NCBI GenBank assembly: GCA_030430575.1
Contig: JAUIKF010000008.1
Span: forward strand, 21,074 to 85,073
DNA length: 64,000 nucleotides
Reading direction: 5' to 3'
Origin: Bacteroidia bacterium
GTDB taxonomy: Bacteria > Bacteroidota > Bacteroidia > J057
A model generated the notes under the pieces. That model saw nothing but the letters and a program-made list of their open reading frames with translations, was not told where the DNA came from and searched no databases. The position numbers were made by a program, and so were the translations under genes. Shown piece after piece: positions 48,678-61,000 of this stretch; position 1 is the first letter of the stretch; each line of letters starts with the position of its first letter.

Positions 48678-49952
48678 TTATTTCAGTTTAAAAATCTCTA
48701 TGGGTTCTTCTATGCCTCGCAGTTCTACCTTTCCTAAGCTTTCAGAAGGCATTCCTTCCGGCAAATAGGGAAAAACCGTCTCTGAAATCAATAGTTCGCT
48801 AGCAAAAGGCTTATTGAGCTGCTCGATACGCGCCGCCATGTTCACAGTTGTACCTGTGATGGAGTATTGCTGACGGATCTTATTGCCGACGTTGCCAGCA
48901 ACCACGAGGCCACTATGCAGGCCTATGCCTGCCCTGATCTGGGGAATCTTGCCCGATTTACCCAACAGCTCTATCGTCTCCAAAATCTCAAAACTCGCCA
49001 ATAAGCTATCTCGCTGATGATTAGGCGTCTCTACAGGCGCGCCAAAAATCGCCATAATCCCATCCCCTAGCATCTGATTCACGATGCCTTGATGCTTGCG
49101 GACGATGTCCACCAATTCACTGAAGACCGTCGTCTGAAAGGAAGCGACCTCTTCAGGAGTATTGGCATCAGCAAATTTGGTAAAATCGCGAATGTCCATG
49201 AACATGACAGTTACATGGCATTTTTTACTCCGAAATTCCTCCCCTTTGCTGATCAGTTCCTCCACCACCTCTTTGGATACTTGTTGCCCAAATAATCGCT
49301 GGATCTCTGTACGCTTTTCCTCTTCATCCATTAAGCGGCGCATGAGTCGTTTAGCAATGATGGAAAGGCCGCCCACTGCTGGGCCCATCAACGCAATAAA
49401 TCCTGCCCGCAAATAGAAGATTTCAGGCTGGGCAAAGTCTGACTGCAGGACATTGTCAGGAATCTGGATTTCCATTAATTTATCCCCATCCCATATATAA
49501 CACACAAGTAATCCTAATGCACACACCAACCCTGTCGTAACTGAAAGGCGAAAGTCAAAAAATGATCCAGAGAGGATGATGGCAAAAAAGTAAACATAAG
49601 TAAACCCGCCATGCACAAAGGTCATCGCACCATAGGGGTAGAAGAAATGAGTACTTAAGAAAAATATGGTGGGAATAAGGGCAAAAGTGATCACCACAAA
49701 ATAGTTGGCGCGAGCGCCCAACATCCGTCTGCGTGCCATCAAGTGAACCACCCCAATGAAGACTGTCCCCACCAAGGACACCAAAAAGGGCAAGAGGAAG
49801 TCCCCTAGCCAGTTCATGACAATGCCAATCAAGGAAAAACTAATTCCTATCACGCCCAAAATGATCAGGTACCGGCTGCCTTTCTGGACAGCCTTATTGA
49901 CTTCATCCGTCAGGAGTTGGTCAAGGGTATGCTGATTGGGACTCTCTTTCAT
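48678..49952 (-). CDS. Membrane-anchored class III adenylate/guanylate cyclase
   Basis: About 6 N-terminal TM helices plus a CYCc domain 'VTVMFMDIRDFTKFA…GDGIMAIFGAP…GIGLHSGLVVAGNVG…YSITGTTVNMAARIE'. Confidence 0.8.
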   Translation of the reverse strand: MKESPNQHTLDQLLTDEVNKAVQKGSRYLIILGVIGISFSLIGIVMNWLGDFLLPFLVSLVGTVFIGVVHLMARRRMLGARANYFVVITFALIPTIFFLSTHFFYPYGAMTFVHGGFTYVYFFAIILSGSFFDFRLSVTTGLVCALGLLVCYIWDGDKLMEIQIPDNVLQSDFAQPEIFYLRAGFIALMGPAVGGLSIIAKRLMRRLMDEEEKRTEIQRLFGQQVSKEVVEELISKGEEFRSKKCHVTVMFMDIRDFTKFADANTPEEVASFQTTVFSELVDIVRKHQGIVNQMLGDGIMAIFGAPVETPNHQRDSLLASFEILETIELLGKSGKIPQIRAGIGLHSGLVVAGNVGNKIRQQYSITGTTVNMAARIEQLNKPFASELLISETVFPYLPEGMPSESLGKVELRGIEEPIEIFKLK

Positions 49953-50051
49953 AAGCCCAAGATAAGCATTTGGGATAAATGTTTAGGAATTAGCAAATCT
50001 CCCTTTAATAAAATGTGCATTTTGCTTACCTATTTGATCAAATCCATTTTT

Positions 50052-51272
50052 ATGAAAAACTTGCTTATCTGTGCACTGCTTCTGGTCTGTTTAGGCGGAT
50101 GCAAAATCTCAAAGGTCATCCTGGCTGGCCAACTCAGTTCCGAGAATTTTTTCAAAGAAATCCCCACGACATCATGGAGCAATCTTATGGTGGTAGAAAT
50201 GAAGGTGGGAGACCGAACGGGGAAATACATGTATGACACAGGCGCTATGACCGTTATCAAGCGGTCTGTAGTGGAGGAGTTGGGCCTGAAGCGAGCCGCC
50301 TCGTCAAGCGTAGGCAGTTCCAATAGCATCAGGCAGCAAATGGACTTTGTCGTTTTGCCTACCGTAGAAATTGAGGGGATTCTCTTTGAAGACATTGGCG
50401 CGGCGGTGGTGGAAGATAGCAACTTGAACAAATCGCCCGAGATGTCCTGCCTCCTGGGTGAAATGGACGGCATTCTGGGCTCCAACCTGATGCGCCTGGC
50501 GCATTGGCAGCTCGATTTCGAAAAAGAAGTCATCAGGATGACCGATGATCCCTCCAGATTTGCCCCGACAGCGTCCAGCATCATCGTTCCGATCAAGGTG
50601 AGTGCGCAAGGGAGAATTTCCATGAGAGGTCATATTGGCGCAGGGCTTTCAGGAAATTTCATCCTCGATACAGGCTCTAACGGCCATTTTACCCTCGCCA
50701 ACTCTTTATTCCAAAAACTCCTCAATAAGCGCCCGCAGACCCCTTACAACTACCAGGTTGGGCAATCTTCGGCAGGGCTTTTTGGGCGGGCAAGAGACAC
50801 GACTTATATCGCTAGACTCGATAGCTTTCGCTTCGGTGACTTGGTCCTAGACAGTGCCTTGGTCAGAACCAGCGGAGGCAATAATTACCTGATGGGCAAT
50901 GCCTTCATGAAGCAGTTTCTCATGACCTTTGACTGGGACGCCAAACAGGTGATATTCACGCCTTACGAGGAGTTTAAGGTCAATAATACGATGAAGACCT
51001 TTGGGTTCAGCCCAGCCTACCACATAGCCGATAAACGCCTGTACGTCGGTTCTCTTCATCGCGGCGGCGCCGCCGAACAGGCAGGAATGGCCATAGACCA
51101 GCAGATCATTTCTGTCAATGGGAATGACTATGACCCCATGAGCCTCCAGGATTATTGCACACTCTTGATGGATGGGTTAGTCCCAAAAACTGATACTGTA
51201 GTGGAGATAGTGGTTAAAGAAGACAATGGGCAAAGGAAAATCACTTTGCAGAAGGAACAATGGTTTCCGTAG
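50052..51272 (+). CDS. Lipoprotein with bilobal pepsin-like/retropepsin-like aspartyl protease (two DTG motifs) and C-terminal PDZ domain
   Basis: Lipobox 'LVCLGGCK'. 'MYDTGAMTVI' and 'FILDTGSNGHF'. PDZ 'VGSLHRGGAAEQAGMAIDQQIISVNGND'. Confidence 0.7.
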   Translation: MKNLLICALLLVCLGGCKISKVILAGQLSSENFFKEIPTTSWSNLMVVEMKVGDRTGKYMYDTGAMTVIKRSVVEELGLKRAASSSVGSSNSIRQQMDFVVLPTVEIEGILFEDIGAAVVEDSNLNKSPEMSCLLGEMDGILGSNLMRLAHWQLDFEKEVIRMTDDPSRFAPTASSIIVPIKVSAQGRISMRGHIGAGLSGNFILDTGSNGHFTLANSLFQKLLNKRPQTPYNYQVGQSSAGLFGRARDTTYIARLDSFRFGDLVLDSALVRTSGGNNYLMGNAFMKQFLMTFDWDAKQVIFTPYEEFKVNNTMKTFGFSPAYHIADKRLYVGSLHRGGAAEQAGMAIDQQIISVNGNDYDPMSLQDYCTLLMDGLVPKTDTVVEIVVKEDNGQRKITLQKEQWFP

Positions 51273-51287
51273 GGGGACGTTTTGGCG

Positions 51288-51338
51288 TTTTTGTCCTTGT
51301 AGAGGCGTTGGAGTCCAACGCCTCTACAAGGACAAAAA
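51288..51338. terminator. Perfect 24-bp-stem hairpin, a bidirectional terminator
   Basis: 'tttttgtccttgtagaggcgttgg-agt-ccaacgcctctacaaggacaaaaa' lies between convergent genes. It is followed by a 'aaaacccaaaacctaaaacttaaaac' repeat. Confidence 0.75.
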
Positions 51339-51374
51339 CATAAAACCCAAAACCTAAAACTTAAAACACTGCCT

Positions 51375-52871
51375 TTAAATCTTCACCGCTTCATACCCGC
51401 CCTTCGATCGGAAGTACAGGACCAAAGCCACAAAACAGACCAACATGATCACAGGCAAGATAGCCGCTGTGCTGAGGGTATCCTTTTTGGATTGGTCCTG
51501 GATGCCCTGAATGATGGTTTTTTCTTCTGGAGTCGCTTGGGTGAGGGCTGTTTGGTCAAAGGTCATATAGTCGCCGAAGAAGGAAGATTTGGGCGAAGTC
51601 ATATAGGATTGATGAATGGTCGTGTTGTTGGCTTGGTCATACAAGAGGACGTTTTGGTCAATATTTTTATCCTGAAAAAAGCCCAACAAAGAGGCCCCAA
51701 CAATGCCTACGGCCAGCATGCCCACACCGCCTACGGCGTTGAGCGTCAATGCCCCTCCTTTGGGGAAGCGCTCCGCTACGACGCCGAGCATCGTCGGCCA
51801 GAAGAAGGACTTGCCAATCGCGTACAGGGTCGCAGCGAGCAAAATGGCGATCCCCGTCGCCGTGGACAAGTAAAACAGGCCGATGGCCGCAATCAGTGAG
51901 CACACTGCGAGTAGCCCCAAGGGCGAAAGGCGATGCACGATCGGCCCAGCAAAGAACCGCAATACCATCATGATCGCAGCCGTATAGACCAAAATCCAGC
52001 CCGCGTCTATCCCTAATTCCACAAACTCAGGCCCCATCAATTCAGTGATCCAACTGTCAACGCCCAATTCCGTGGTAGCAAGAAGCATCATCACAAATAG
52101 CAAAAAGACAAATAAGGGCTGTCCAAGGCTGCGGGTGTAATACCCAAAAGCCCCTGTCGCTGCGACGATCAGCCCAATCACAATGCCTATATGCATGTCA
52201 AATGCTTTCCCTATCTCTATAAATACCAGCGCGTTAATGATCAAGGCTCCCAAAATTCCTACCTCCTTGAGCATCTCTATATAGGAAACCCCAGCCGCGA
52301 CGCGTTCGCTGATCGGAAATTTTTTGTTCCAAAGCAGAATGCCATAAGCGATGGTGGGAATCAGGATCAAGCCCACCTTCACCTGCCAACTGACATTGGC
52401 TCCCATGGCCATAATCAGGATACCTCCCAGCACAAATCCCCCTGGCCAACCTGCATGAAGTCGGTTGAGCCATTTGGTTTTATCTTGATGAAAAAGGGTA
52501 GACACCACAGGGTTGATGTAAGCTTCTACGGTACCGTTGCCAAGGGCTACGATAAACGTACCCAGATAAAGCATCTCATAACTTTTCGCAGAGATGGTGA
52601 TCACTGCAGAAACGACATGGCAGGCCAGGCCAAAGATCATGGCATTTCGATAGCCGATGCGATCGATGATCAAGCTAAAGACCACTATACTGATCGCAAA
52701 TGGCCATAGGCCAACTCCCAGCAAGGTGCCTTTTTCTGTTTCAGAAAGCTGAAAGTCCATCGCCCAATCATCGATGATCATGGCGCGAATGATAAAGCCA
52801 AAAGCCGTGGCGATCAGCGCAATAAAGCAGCCCCAGAAGAGGGGTTGGTGAGAGTTGGAGGAATTAATCAA
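51375..52871 (-). CDS. MFS transporter (start uncertain; possible TTG)
   Basis: 12 TM helices. The N-terminal 36 aa of the listed ORF are encoded by a family-A repeat, so a later start is more likely. Confidence 0.65.
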   Translation of the reverse strand: MINSSNSHQPLFWGCFIALIATAFGFIIRAMIIDDWAMDFQLSETEKGTLLGVGLWPFAISIVVFSLIIDRIGYRNAMIFGLACHVVSAVITISAKSYEMLYLGTFIVALGNGTVEAYINPVVSTLFHQDKTKWLNRLHAGWPGGFVLGGILIMAMGANVSWQVKVGLILIPTIAYGILLWNKKFPISERVAAGVSYIEMLKEVGILGALIINALVFIEIGKAFDMHIGIVIGLIVAATGAFGYYTRSLGQPLFVFLLFVMMLLATTELGVDSWITELMGPEFVELGIDAGWILVYTAAIMMVLRFFAGPIVHRLSPLGLLAVCSLIAAIGLFYLSTATGIAILLAATLYAIGKSFFWPTMLGVVAERFPKGGALTLNAVGGVGMLAVGIVGASLLGFFQDKNIDQNVLLYDQANNTTIHQSYMTSPKSSFFGDYMTFDQTALTQATPEEKTIIQGIQDQSKKDTLSTAAILPVIMLVCFVALVLYFRSKGGYEAVKI

Positions 52872-52896
52872 AATGAAAATGAAAGTTAAAATGAAA

Positions 52897-53145
52897 AATG
52901 TAAGGAGACCGCTCCCTGCGGTCGCTGCGAGAGGCGAAATCGTTCGTCGCAAGCTCCTCACTGCGAGATCGCTCACCTTTCAGGCTCACTACGAGACTAA
53001 AGGCAATTTTTCTTGTCTCGAAGCGAGGCGAGTCTTCGAGCCGAGCGGTCTCGCAGTGAGGCCTTTAGGCCGAACGGTCTCGCCTCTCGCAGCGAGGGCT
53101 GAGTCTGCGAAGCCCGAGCGGTCTCTAAAACTTCACCACATGAAA
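52897..53145. repeat. Family-A palindromic repeat element
   Basis: 'gagaccgctccctgcggtcgctgcgagaggcga…gagtcttcgagccgagcggtctcgcagtgagg…cccgagcggtctc'. Confidence 0.8.
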
Positions 53146-54606
53146 TGCCCCCTTATAGTGACAGATCAAGATCAAATCATCGCCTTTGATAAAGGTGTAC
53201 ATGGCGCGGGCTTTTCGGGTCAATTTATTGGCTGTCAGGTAGTCTTTGACTTCTTGGATGCGGGGCGTGGGCAATTCTGCAAGCAGGGGACGTATGGCTT
53301 CTTGATCGATGACCCCTTCGACGTAGGCGAAGTTATGGGGGTCTGTCTTGCCCAATAATTCTACTCGATGTTCCCAGATTCTTTGCCCGTCTGGATAGTA
53401 ATAATTGGGACCAAAGGTCAGATAAAAGTCATCGCCTAACGGCACATAAGCACCAGATACGGCGTAAGCATTGGCAGCTATCGTCATGACGATCAGCGAA
53501 GCCTTAAAGATCTTATGGCCCGCTGTTCCTGTCCACGGGGTGCCAATCCGCAATAAGCCTAAGTCTTCACCTGGAATCAGGTCTGTTACAGAAATGGCAA
53601 TGCGCTTATCCAATTGATCAATTAGCTTTTCTTTATACCGAATGACCTCCCGATCACTTCCATCTCGCCGATACACCGCCGTATCAAATGCTTGCATCAG
53701 CTCCTTGTCATCCAAAAACAGGCTCGTGTTGATTTCTGCCCCAGTAGTGAAATCACTTACGCCCATCCATAGACTGGTATCGTTGACTGCTACTTGATAG
53801 AGGCGATTTTGGTACAAACAAGAATTTGCAGTGAACAATGGTTTCGCTTCCAGTTGAGGAATAGGGAATGTCTGGGTAGCAGTAGAAAAGGTCAACAAAT
53901 CAATAGCAAGAGTGGAAGTAGTCAAATTTCTAGGATCGTCAAAACTCACGACGATTTCTCCGTCTCTGGCAAAAACCTTTCGCTTGAACTGACTTTGGGC
54001 TAAGCCTGACTCTTGGTTTTTATGCATCAGCCCGACTACAAATTCCTTGTCCATTTTTTTATCAAAAAACCCTTCAAAAGGAATTGAGAATTCTTCTTTT
54101 TGATGCTGCCCATCCCCACGGTAGGTATGCAAAGTCATAGACAGATCTTTGATATTCCATTTTATCACAATAAACTGATCCCCTAGCACAAACTCTAAAT
54201 CGCGATCGCGATTTTTTCCCATAGACACAGTCGCTACCTCTACCCTTGCAGGCGAAAAAAAGAGGGTCGCCTTCATCAAAAATTTACGGTGATCTCGGAA
54301 GTAAAAATATACTTTGTCTACATCGTGGATCATGTGTTGCAACGTCATATTCCAGAGATCTGAAGGCTTGTCTACCCTGACTCTGCGAACTTGCTGAAAT
54401 TGCTCATCAAGCAACAGCAGGCTGAATTTTCCGGGTTCATTCAGCACCACACGTGTGCCTTGCCCTCCATCTACCTCTTCTGAGAAGACAAAAGTCTGCG
54501 TACCGCCTGGCACATTTTTCCAAGCTACGGTGGACACCTCGGTCTGGGCGGATACGGCAACAAAAATGGTACAGGCAAAAAGGAATGATATAATGGCTTT
54601 CATCAT
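53125..54606 (-). CDS. Secreted hypothetical protein (493 aa), downstream of the TcA-like gene
   Basis: Signal peptide 'MMKAIISFLFACTIFVAVSAQ'. No recognisable domain. Confidence 0.55.
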   Translation of the reverse strand: MMKAIISFLFACTIFVAVSAQTEVSTVAWKNVPGGTQTFVFSEEVDGGQGTRVVLNEPGKFSLLLLDEQFQQVRRVRVDKPSDLWNMTLQHMIHDVDKVYFYFRDHRKFLMKATLFFSPARVEVATVSMGKNRDRDLEFVLGDQFIVIKWNIKDLSMTLHTYRGDGQHQKEEFSIPFEGFFDKKMDKEFVVGLMHKNQESGLAQSQFKRKVFARDGEIVVSFDDPRNLTTSTLAIDLLTFSTATQTFPIPQLEAKPLFTANSCLYQNRLYQVAVNDTSLWMGVSDFTTGAEINTSLFLDDKELMQAFDTAVYRRDGSDREVIRYKEKLIDQLDKRIAISVTDLIPGEDLGLLRIGTPWTGTAGHKIFKASLIVMTIAANAYAVSGAYVPLGDDFYLTFGPNYYYPDGQRIWEHRVELLGKTDPHNFAYVEGVIDQEAIRPLLAELPTPRIQEVKDYLTANKLTRKARAMYTFIKGDDLILICHYKGAFHVVKF

Positions 54607-54716
54607 AAATTGGGTTGGTTTTGTAGGGTAAGAATAAGCATTTGGAGAAGATTAGTCAAATGGGAGTTTTCCAATAAGACGAAGCTTCCCTTTAGCTCAT
54701 CACCTAAGAATGGTTT

Positions 54717-54992
54717 TCATTTAGCCTGTTCTTCCATTTTTCTCCGTTTGATCAACTCACCAAACAATGCATAGCCATTGTTACCCATTTGGACTGCTTT
54801 CTCTATTAGGGAGGAATTTTCAGAAATGGGCTGAGAAAAGCAAGGCGTCAATCTTTCATCAATGGTCCCTTCTGTTAACTGATTAAAGCAATCGCAAGCG
54901 TTGGTAGCCATCGTTTCAGCGTCCAGTTTTTTGGAAGGGGAGCAGCTATAGATTACTACGATGAATAGGGAAAGGAAAACAGCTTTTGTCAT
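54717..54992 (-). CDS. Small Cys-containing lipoprotein (~91 aa)
   Basis: The start at 'MTKAVFLSLFIVVIYSCSPS' gives a lipobox. The listed ORF's N-terminal extension overlaps the TcA stop and a family-B repeat. Confidence 0.5.
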   Translation of the reverse strand: MTKAVFLSLFIVVIYSCSPSKKLDAETMATNACDCFNQLTEGTIDERLTPCFSQPISENSSLIEKAVQMGNNGYALFGELIKRRKMEEQAK

Positions 54993-55016
54993 ATTCAAAG
55001 GTAAATGAAATAAGAA

Positions 55017-55052
55017 AAAAATCCGTGATAATCTGTGTAATCCATGGCTTAC
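55017..55052. repeat. Family-B partial element
   Basis: 'aatccgtgataatctgtgtaatccatgg'. Confidence 0.5.
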
Positions 55053-55084
55053 CTTTCCTTCATCCCCTATGTCCACCAACATGA

Positions 55085-58000
55085 TCAATTATTCCCTTTT
55101 GCTTCGCTATTCACTTCTCCACGAAACCCATCTCCTCCATCCAGCGCCGTATAGCGCAGCTTGATCACCACATCCGTGATGGAATGGAAAATCTCAAGAT
55201 TGGAGTCGTTAGGGATGTTGAGCATCCATTTCGATACCGCCCCCGTGCCTTCAAAGGGGAAATAGCGGTCATCGAGGAAGAAATTCAGGGCAAACATGCC
55301 TGTGTCATCCTGCCCAGTAGAGATGGCTACTTGCTGGTTGGGCAGCCAGTCGGCCCGGATGGAAGCAGGCGGATTGTCCTGTGGCGGCTGAGATGTCTTG
55401 GCAAATAGGCTATTGAGGTACTTCACCCCCGCAGAATCCGGCGCCATCAGTACATAATTATTGAGTTGACTGAGGGTAGCGTGAACCTCCGCCACCGTAT
55501 CTGTCTTGGCTATGACAGACACGGAGATGGTCTTGAGCTTGCGCCCATAGTGACCAGGAAAGTCCTTGTCAAATAGTTGTTCACTCAGACTGAATGGAAT
55601 AGATCCATTGGCATTTAGCACAAAGTTCTCAGGGACAAAATCCCCCGTTTGGGCGAGGGAAATCGTCTTTTCAATCTCCAGCCTACGGCTGTTATTGTTG
55701 ATATAAGCCTGTTCCAACTGATCTAAGGAAAGCATCAGGCTTTCACCTGCCACCAAGCCTTTATGTAAGCTATCCCAATAGTTGAAGTTGATAAAGGTAT
55801 CTGTCTTGTCTAGTTCAAATTGATAGCTTGACTGAGCGGCAAGGGCCATATCGATAGCTAGGCGATAGGCTTGGAAATAGACTGAGGATACTTGTCCTAC
55901 CATCCACTCGTAGAGGGCTTCATTCGTGAACTTACTGGTGAGAAAGGCTTCTTCAGCCTGAGACTGGGTGATGGCCGTCTGATGCCTGGTGGACTCAGCT
56001 TGTACCATCGCCAAGCGGGCCTCAGCGGCGGCTATCTCTTGGCCGAGTTGGGTCACCTCGTATTTGGCGAGCTGCTTTTCATAGGTCCAGGTCGCTGCGC
56101 GACGGTCATATTGTGCCGTGTAACCGCTTGCATCTGATTGGTATCTAGCTGCTAGAGCGATGTCTTGAGAAGCTTGTGCCCCTGCATTGACAGCTCCACC
56201 AAATCTACTTCCCCCATCAGAAAACCCAAAAATATTAGGGAAAAGATAGGGTAATATGGATGCTACTCTACCTATACTCGCAATGCCAGCAAATGCAGCA
56301 CTTACTTGTCGATCAGCCACTTGCGTATGTTCTTGCTTCAACCAGCCATTATTGATCAAGTCGTTATAATGCTTCACCTTGCTGCTCGCCTTTGATTGCT
56401 GAGCTGTAAGCGCAGCGATCTTCGCTTCGATTGCTGTTTCGTGCTGCGCAAATACTTGCGTTGAGAGATTCAACAAATTCACCTCATGCGTTGCTCTTAG
56501 CTGTGCCAACGCTTGGACATCCTTTTTTTCCAACGCTTGAAGAAGGGCCTGTCCAAGAGATGTCAGCGTCTGGGTGAACTGACGCGCTGCGGCCAGCACT
56601 TGTGGGAATCGATACGGCAGGATCGCTGGGGTGAGCGAAGAAGCGACAGCCAGCACATTTCCTCCATCTGCAGCCGCACGTACCAATGCCATGGGATTGA
56701 TAGGCGGCTGAAAAAGGGGCAAGGGTTCCTTCTGCCCCTCAATATTCAGACAGTGTCTAATCTTGTAAAGGCGGTCCTGAACCAGCCCCCAATACGTAAC
56801 AAACTGTGCATTCTCAGGCACGCAGAAATAAGCGTGCAGTTCATTGAAGGGGACTTGCCCTGTTCCGATATTGGCAGAATGAGTTTTTGTAGTTGCCAAG
56901 GTATTCTCCAGATCTATCAAAAATTGTGGGATGCTTTTATAAGCCTTTTGTATATCTGCAAAGGTCTCAGGCTTCTCCGTTTCACAGTTCCCCTCATCCA
57001 CCGGCTTTTTGCCCAACAAATCATAGGCATAGGTATATAGATTCGTCGCTGCGACTATAGATTCCCAGGTATATCGCGTAAACTCCTGATCCCCCCAGTT
57101 GATCAGGTTGTCGATATACTTCATGACTACTGCCTTCTCATAAGCCCCAATGCGTAAATTGGCAATGGCAAATGGATCAAAAGGGTCGTCGTCATAGGCA
57201 TGGACTTCTGCGGAGCTTGTGAGTTGCTGTTTGAGCGTTTGAAGCGAATGGTGTTTAAAAGGTAAAAAGTTCCAAAAAGTCGCTGTGTCAGCGGGATTAC
57301 CTTGGGTGGGATTAAAGACGTACTGAAGCCATTTTTGAGATTTTCGAAACAACTGTTGGGTATTTAATTTATAAGCGACGAGCATGGGTACATGGAAGAA
57401 CAATTCCCAGTAATATCGCCCATAAGGGCCAGAGAATGATACTTGGTTTCCAAAATTGATAGGAGGGGAATGGACAATCTGCGATGAAGGGTGAAGTGCT
57501 TGAAAGTCCATCTGGGGGATATGAGGTTTGTTTTGTGACTCAGGGGTCAAGAGGGCATCTATGCCTCCCGCAAATAGCGAAGCACTGAGTGAAACAACAG
57601 CCCCTGTAGTCAGTCGCGTGACTGAGAAATTAAGCTCAGAGACGTTTTTGGCAGGTGCTGAAAAAGAAGGGGTATACGAGATAGCCGTACTTTGTGAGAG
57701 GAGCAGATTCTTCACATAGCGAGCTTGTGAATCTGTAAAGGGAACGGATTTTTTTTCACCTTGCAAAAATATAGAAATATCCTGCTGCAGCAGAGTAAGA
57801 GAGGTCGCTGCAACCCTCTTCCGATCCACTTTCCCCTCGGAGCTGAGAAGCTTCATAAACTGCAAGGCAGCAAAAATAATGACAGGATCGAGCAGCGGTA
57901 AGCCCTGGAAGGCAGATTCGGAAAATTGCCGTTTAGGGGAAAACGTAAGGTTCCTACTTACATGTCCGAAATCAGGGTTACTGACCAAAAAAGCCTCTCC

Positions 58001-61000
58001 TTCATTGATAAAAATGAATTTTCCGGGTTGGTTTCTAATTGGAATAACCTGTGCCTGCTGATCAGAGATTTGAGAAAAAAGTACTGGTTTTTTTTCATCT
58101 CCATCTACTATCCCACCGAATAGAAACCCATAAAATGGGAGAAAGGAAGCCCTTAGGGTAAGTTTGCGTTGAAATAAATCTACTGAAGGATAAAAAATGG
58201 GCGCGGTTGCGGGCTCGGCTTGCTCAAAATAAACATAGTCTAGGGTATCTGTCTGAGGTCCCTCCGCTGTCAAGGTCATTTGAAGGAATGGGAGAACCCT
58301 TGTCCCCTCTTGTGCCCCTACAAAATTCATCTGGTTTCCCAAATGGCCTATAAGCTGCTGGAAATCAACGATATCATCGTTTCCATAATTATCCAAGGAT
58401 AATTTTTCAACAGAAAACTCCCCTGGAACAACTGGGACCAACCACTGACCGTAGTAAACCAGGATTTTTGCTTCTGTATCCCCTTCTGTCGGCTCTAGTA
58501 TCAATGTTTCTACTTTCTGCCAGACTTCCTGGTCCATATCAGAATCTTGTGCAATCAGCCCTCCACTATAGTCGGTGGCCGCTTGTATATTCACTACCTT
58601 ATTGGTGGCCAAGTCCTGAGGCGATACCCATTTCCCACTGAAATTCTGGTAAGAATATTTAATCGTAGCCTGATAGACTTTCATCTTTGGAGGACTGCCA
58701 TTGCTATTTTTCTTACCAGAGGGATCAGTATCTTTTTTAACAGTCATTTCCACCCAAAACACGAACAATCGCCCAAAGGCATAGACAGGCGTGATGTATT
58801 GACTTTGAATAGCCAAGTCAATTTTATGCCATTGGGACCATACCCCATCATGGGTACACGTGAGGTAGTAGTATTGATATGGCGTATTTTTAGTTCTGCC
58901 AAAAATAAAAAGCGTAGGTTCTTCTTCCCCTTCGGCATTTTTTACCATGCCCTCATAGCCTTCCACGATGTCTAGCGTCCCCAGCGCCTCAAACTGGTTC
59001 ATATAATTCATGAATGCCATCTCTACCACTTCTTCTGAGGTCTGGCCTTGTGACAGCTCTTTCTCAAAATCGCTAAAAAGGGCAGTCTTTTCCTTTCTGA
59101 GCGTCGGATTGAGGTAGTTTTCGGGATAAAGGAATACTTCGCGATTGGCTTGCCAGATACGGTAGTTCATGATCCACTCCCAGTAGATGGGCGGGATGTT
59201 TTCTGGACGAATGGTCACATGCTCTTCTTCTCCCAAGCGGCACCGCTGAAGGTAGAGCTGTGCTGCGTTGAGCCCTTCTTTGATATAAGAAATTTCCCTG
59301 CAGCCTGCATTTTCTACGTCTATGAGCAGGAACTCATAGAGGTCTCGGGGATTTTTCAGCCCTTTATACCGCAAGCCTAGTTTCCATATCAATAAGCTCA
59401 CAAGGGCATCTCTCGTCGCCTCTAAGATTGGCTGATCCAGTTGCTGCTGGACCGCAGGCCAGTCCGCTGGCTTCACATCCGCCTTCACCGCCGCAAGCAT
59501 CACCGATGCTAGCTCCGTATAGATAGACCAATTGGGCATCACGTTTATCAAGGTCCTCAGGCGATCAAACGCCTGAAGGTTTTTGATCCCCAACCCTAAA
59601 GCATGGGACAGGTCAAATACGCGCTTCAACTCTATGATTTGAGGGATGGTCTTGCAAGCCGATACCTTGCCATAAAAAGCCTCGATCAGCAGTTGTATTT
59701 CACTTCGCTCCCACCTAGTCGCAAGGGAAAGGCTTGTAAGTAAGGCTTCAGAAGTGGTATCGGCTTGCTGAGCCAGTTCCAAGAAAGCAAGTAAATCATG
59801 TTGCTTATCGTCGAAGGCTTGATGGAGAGACGCATATCCGTATACCTGCTGAATATCAGCGAAGGTGAGGGTCTTCAGGTCTGCTATGCCAAAGGCATCT
59901 GGATGGCTATAGAGTGCCTCGATGGCTGTTTCGCTTATTCCCGCGCCATGGACCAGCTGATAGTGGCGCGCCAGACAGGCCATAAAAGTCTTCGCCTCTT
60001 CCGAAATTTGACTTTCCTTGATCGCCCCCACATTCGCGAGGAAGCGTATCTTGATCGTAGTCTTTTCAGATATGGTTTCCTCTATCACATCCGCGAAATA
60101 GATTTTCTCATGCACTTTGTCACGAATCTTCCAGTAGCCAGGAGCTAATTGCTTGACTCTAATGTGCTCAGCACTCCCAATGGTCAGGTTACTATCTCTA
60201 AATGCCTGATACACAGTCACAGGAGGCAGTATTTTCACGCGTTCCTTGACAGACTCCTTCACCGAAATTTCGATAAGGGGCAAAATCGTCATGTACTTCA
60301 AAAAGAAGGGCATGTCCAACATTCCCTTAATTCCCGCTACCAAGGCAGCCATATCTTTCGTAGAAGCCCCCAAAAAGGTACTCGCTTGAGCGACAAAGCT
60401 CGCTATTTGCTTTTTCGCTTGTTGTTGGAGAAATGAGATGACATAAGCCCTCGAAGCTTTGTCCCCTTCCAATTTGTCTATTCCTTTAAAAATGCCCTTA
60501 GCGGTCGAGGTAATCTCTTTGGTGATAATCCCTACTTGATTGATATATCCACCTATCAATAGGTTTTCGAATAGCTTGGCAGAGGTAGATGCCCCTATTT
60601 TATGGTGAGCAAAACTATTTTCCAGGATCAGGTCTTTGTGAAGGTGGGGTAAAAGGGCTTGCAAAAATGTAATCAAAGATGCAGGCGAATACCGTTGCTG
60701 TACAAAAGGACTGAGGGTACCCTTTTTGATAAAGTCCACTTCAAAGGCATTCAGGTTATTGGCAGCCAGCCAGTTGGCTGTAGATGAAATATCGATTACC
60801 TCTGCTACCGTGAGAAGTCCTGTATTGGCGGGATTTCCCGCTTTCAACAGCCCCTTCAATTCCAGCAATTTGAGGTATGAAGGGATAGATAAATTGAGTT
60901 TTAACGAGAGCAACACATGGCGATACAAGGTAGATAAACGCGTGACAGTCAGCGGAACTACAAAGGATTCCAATGCATCTCCTTTTCCCCAGAGGACATG

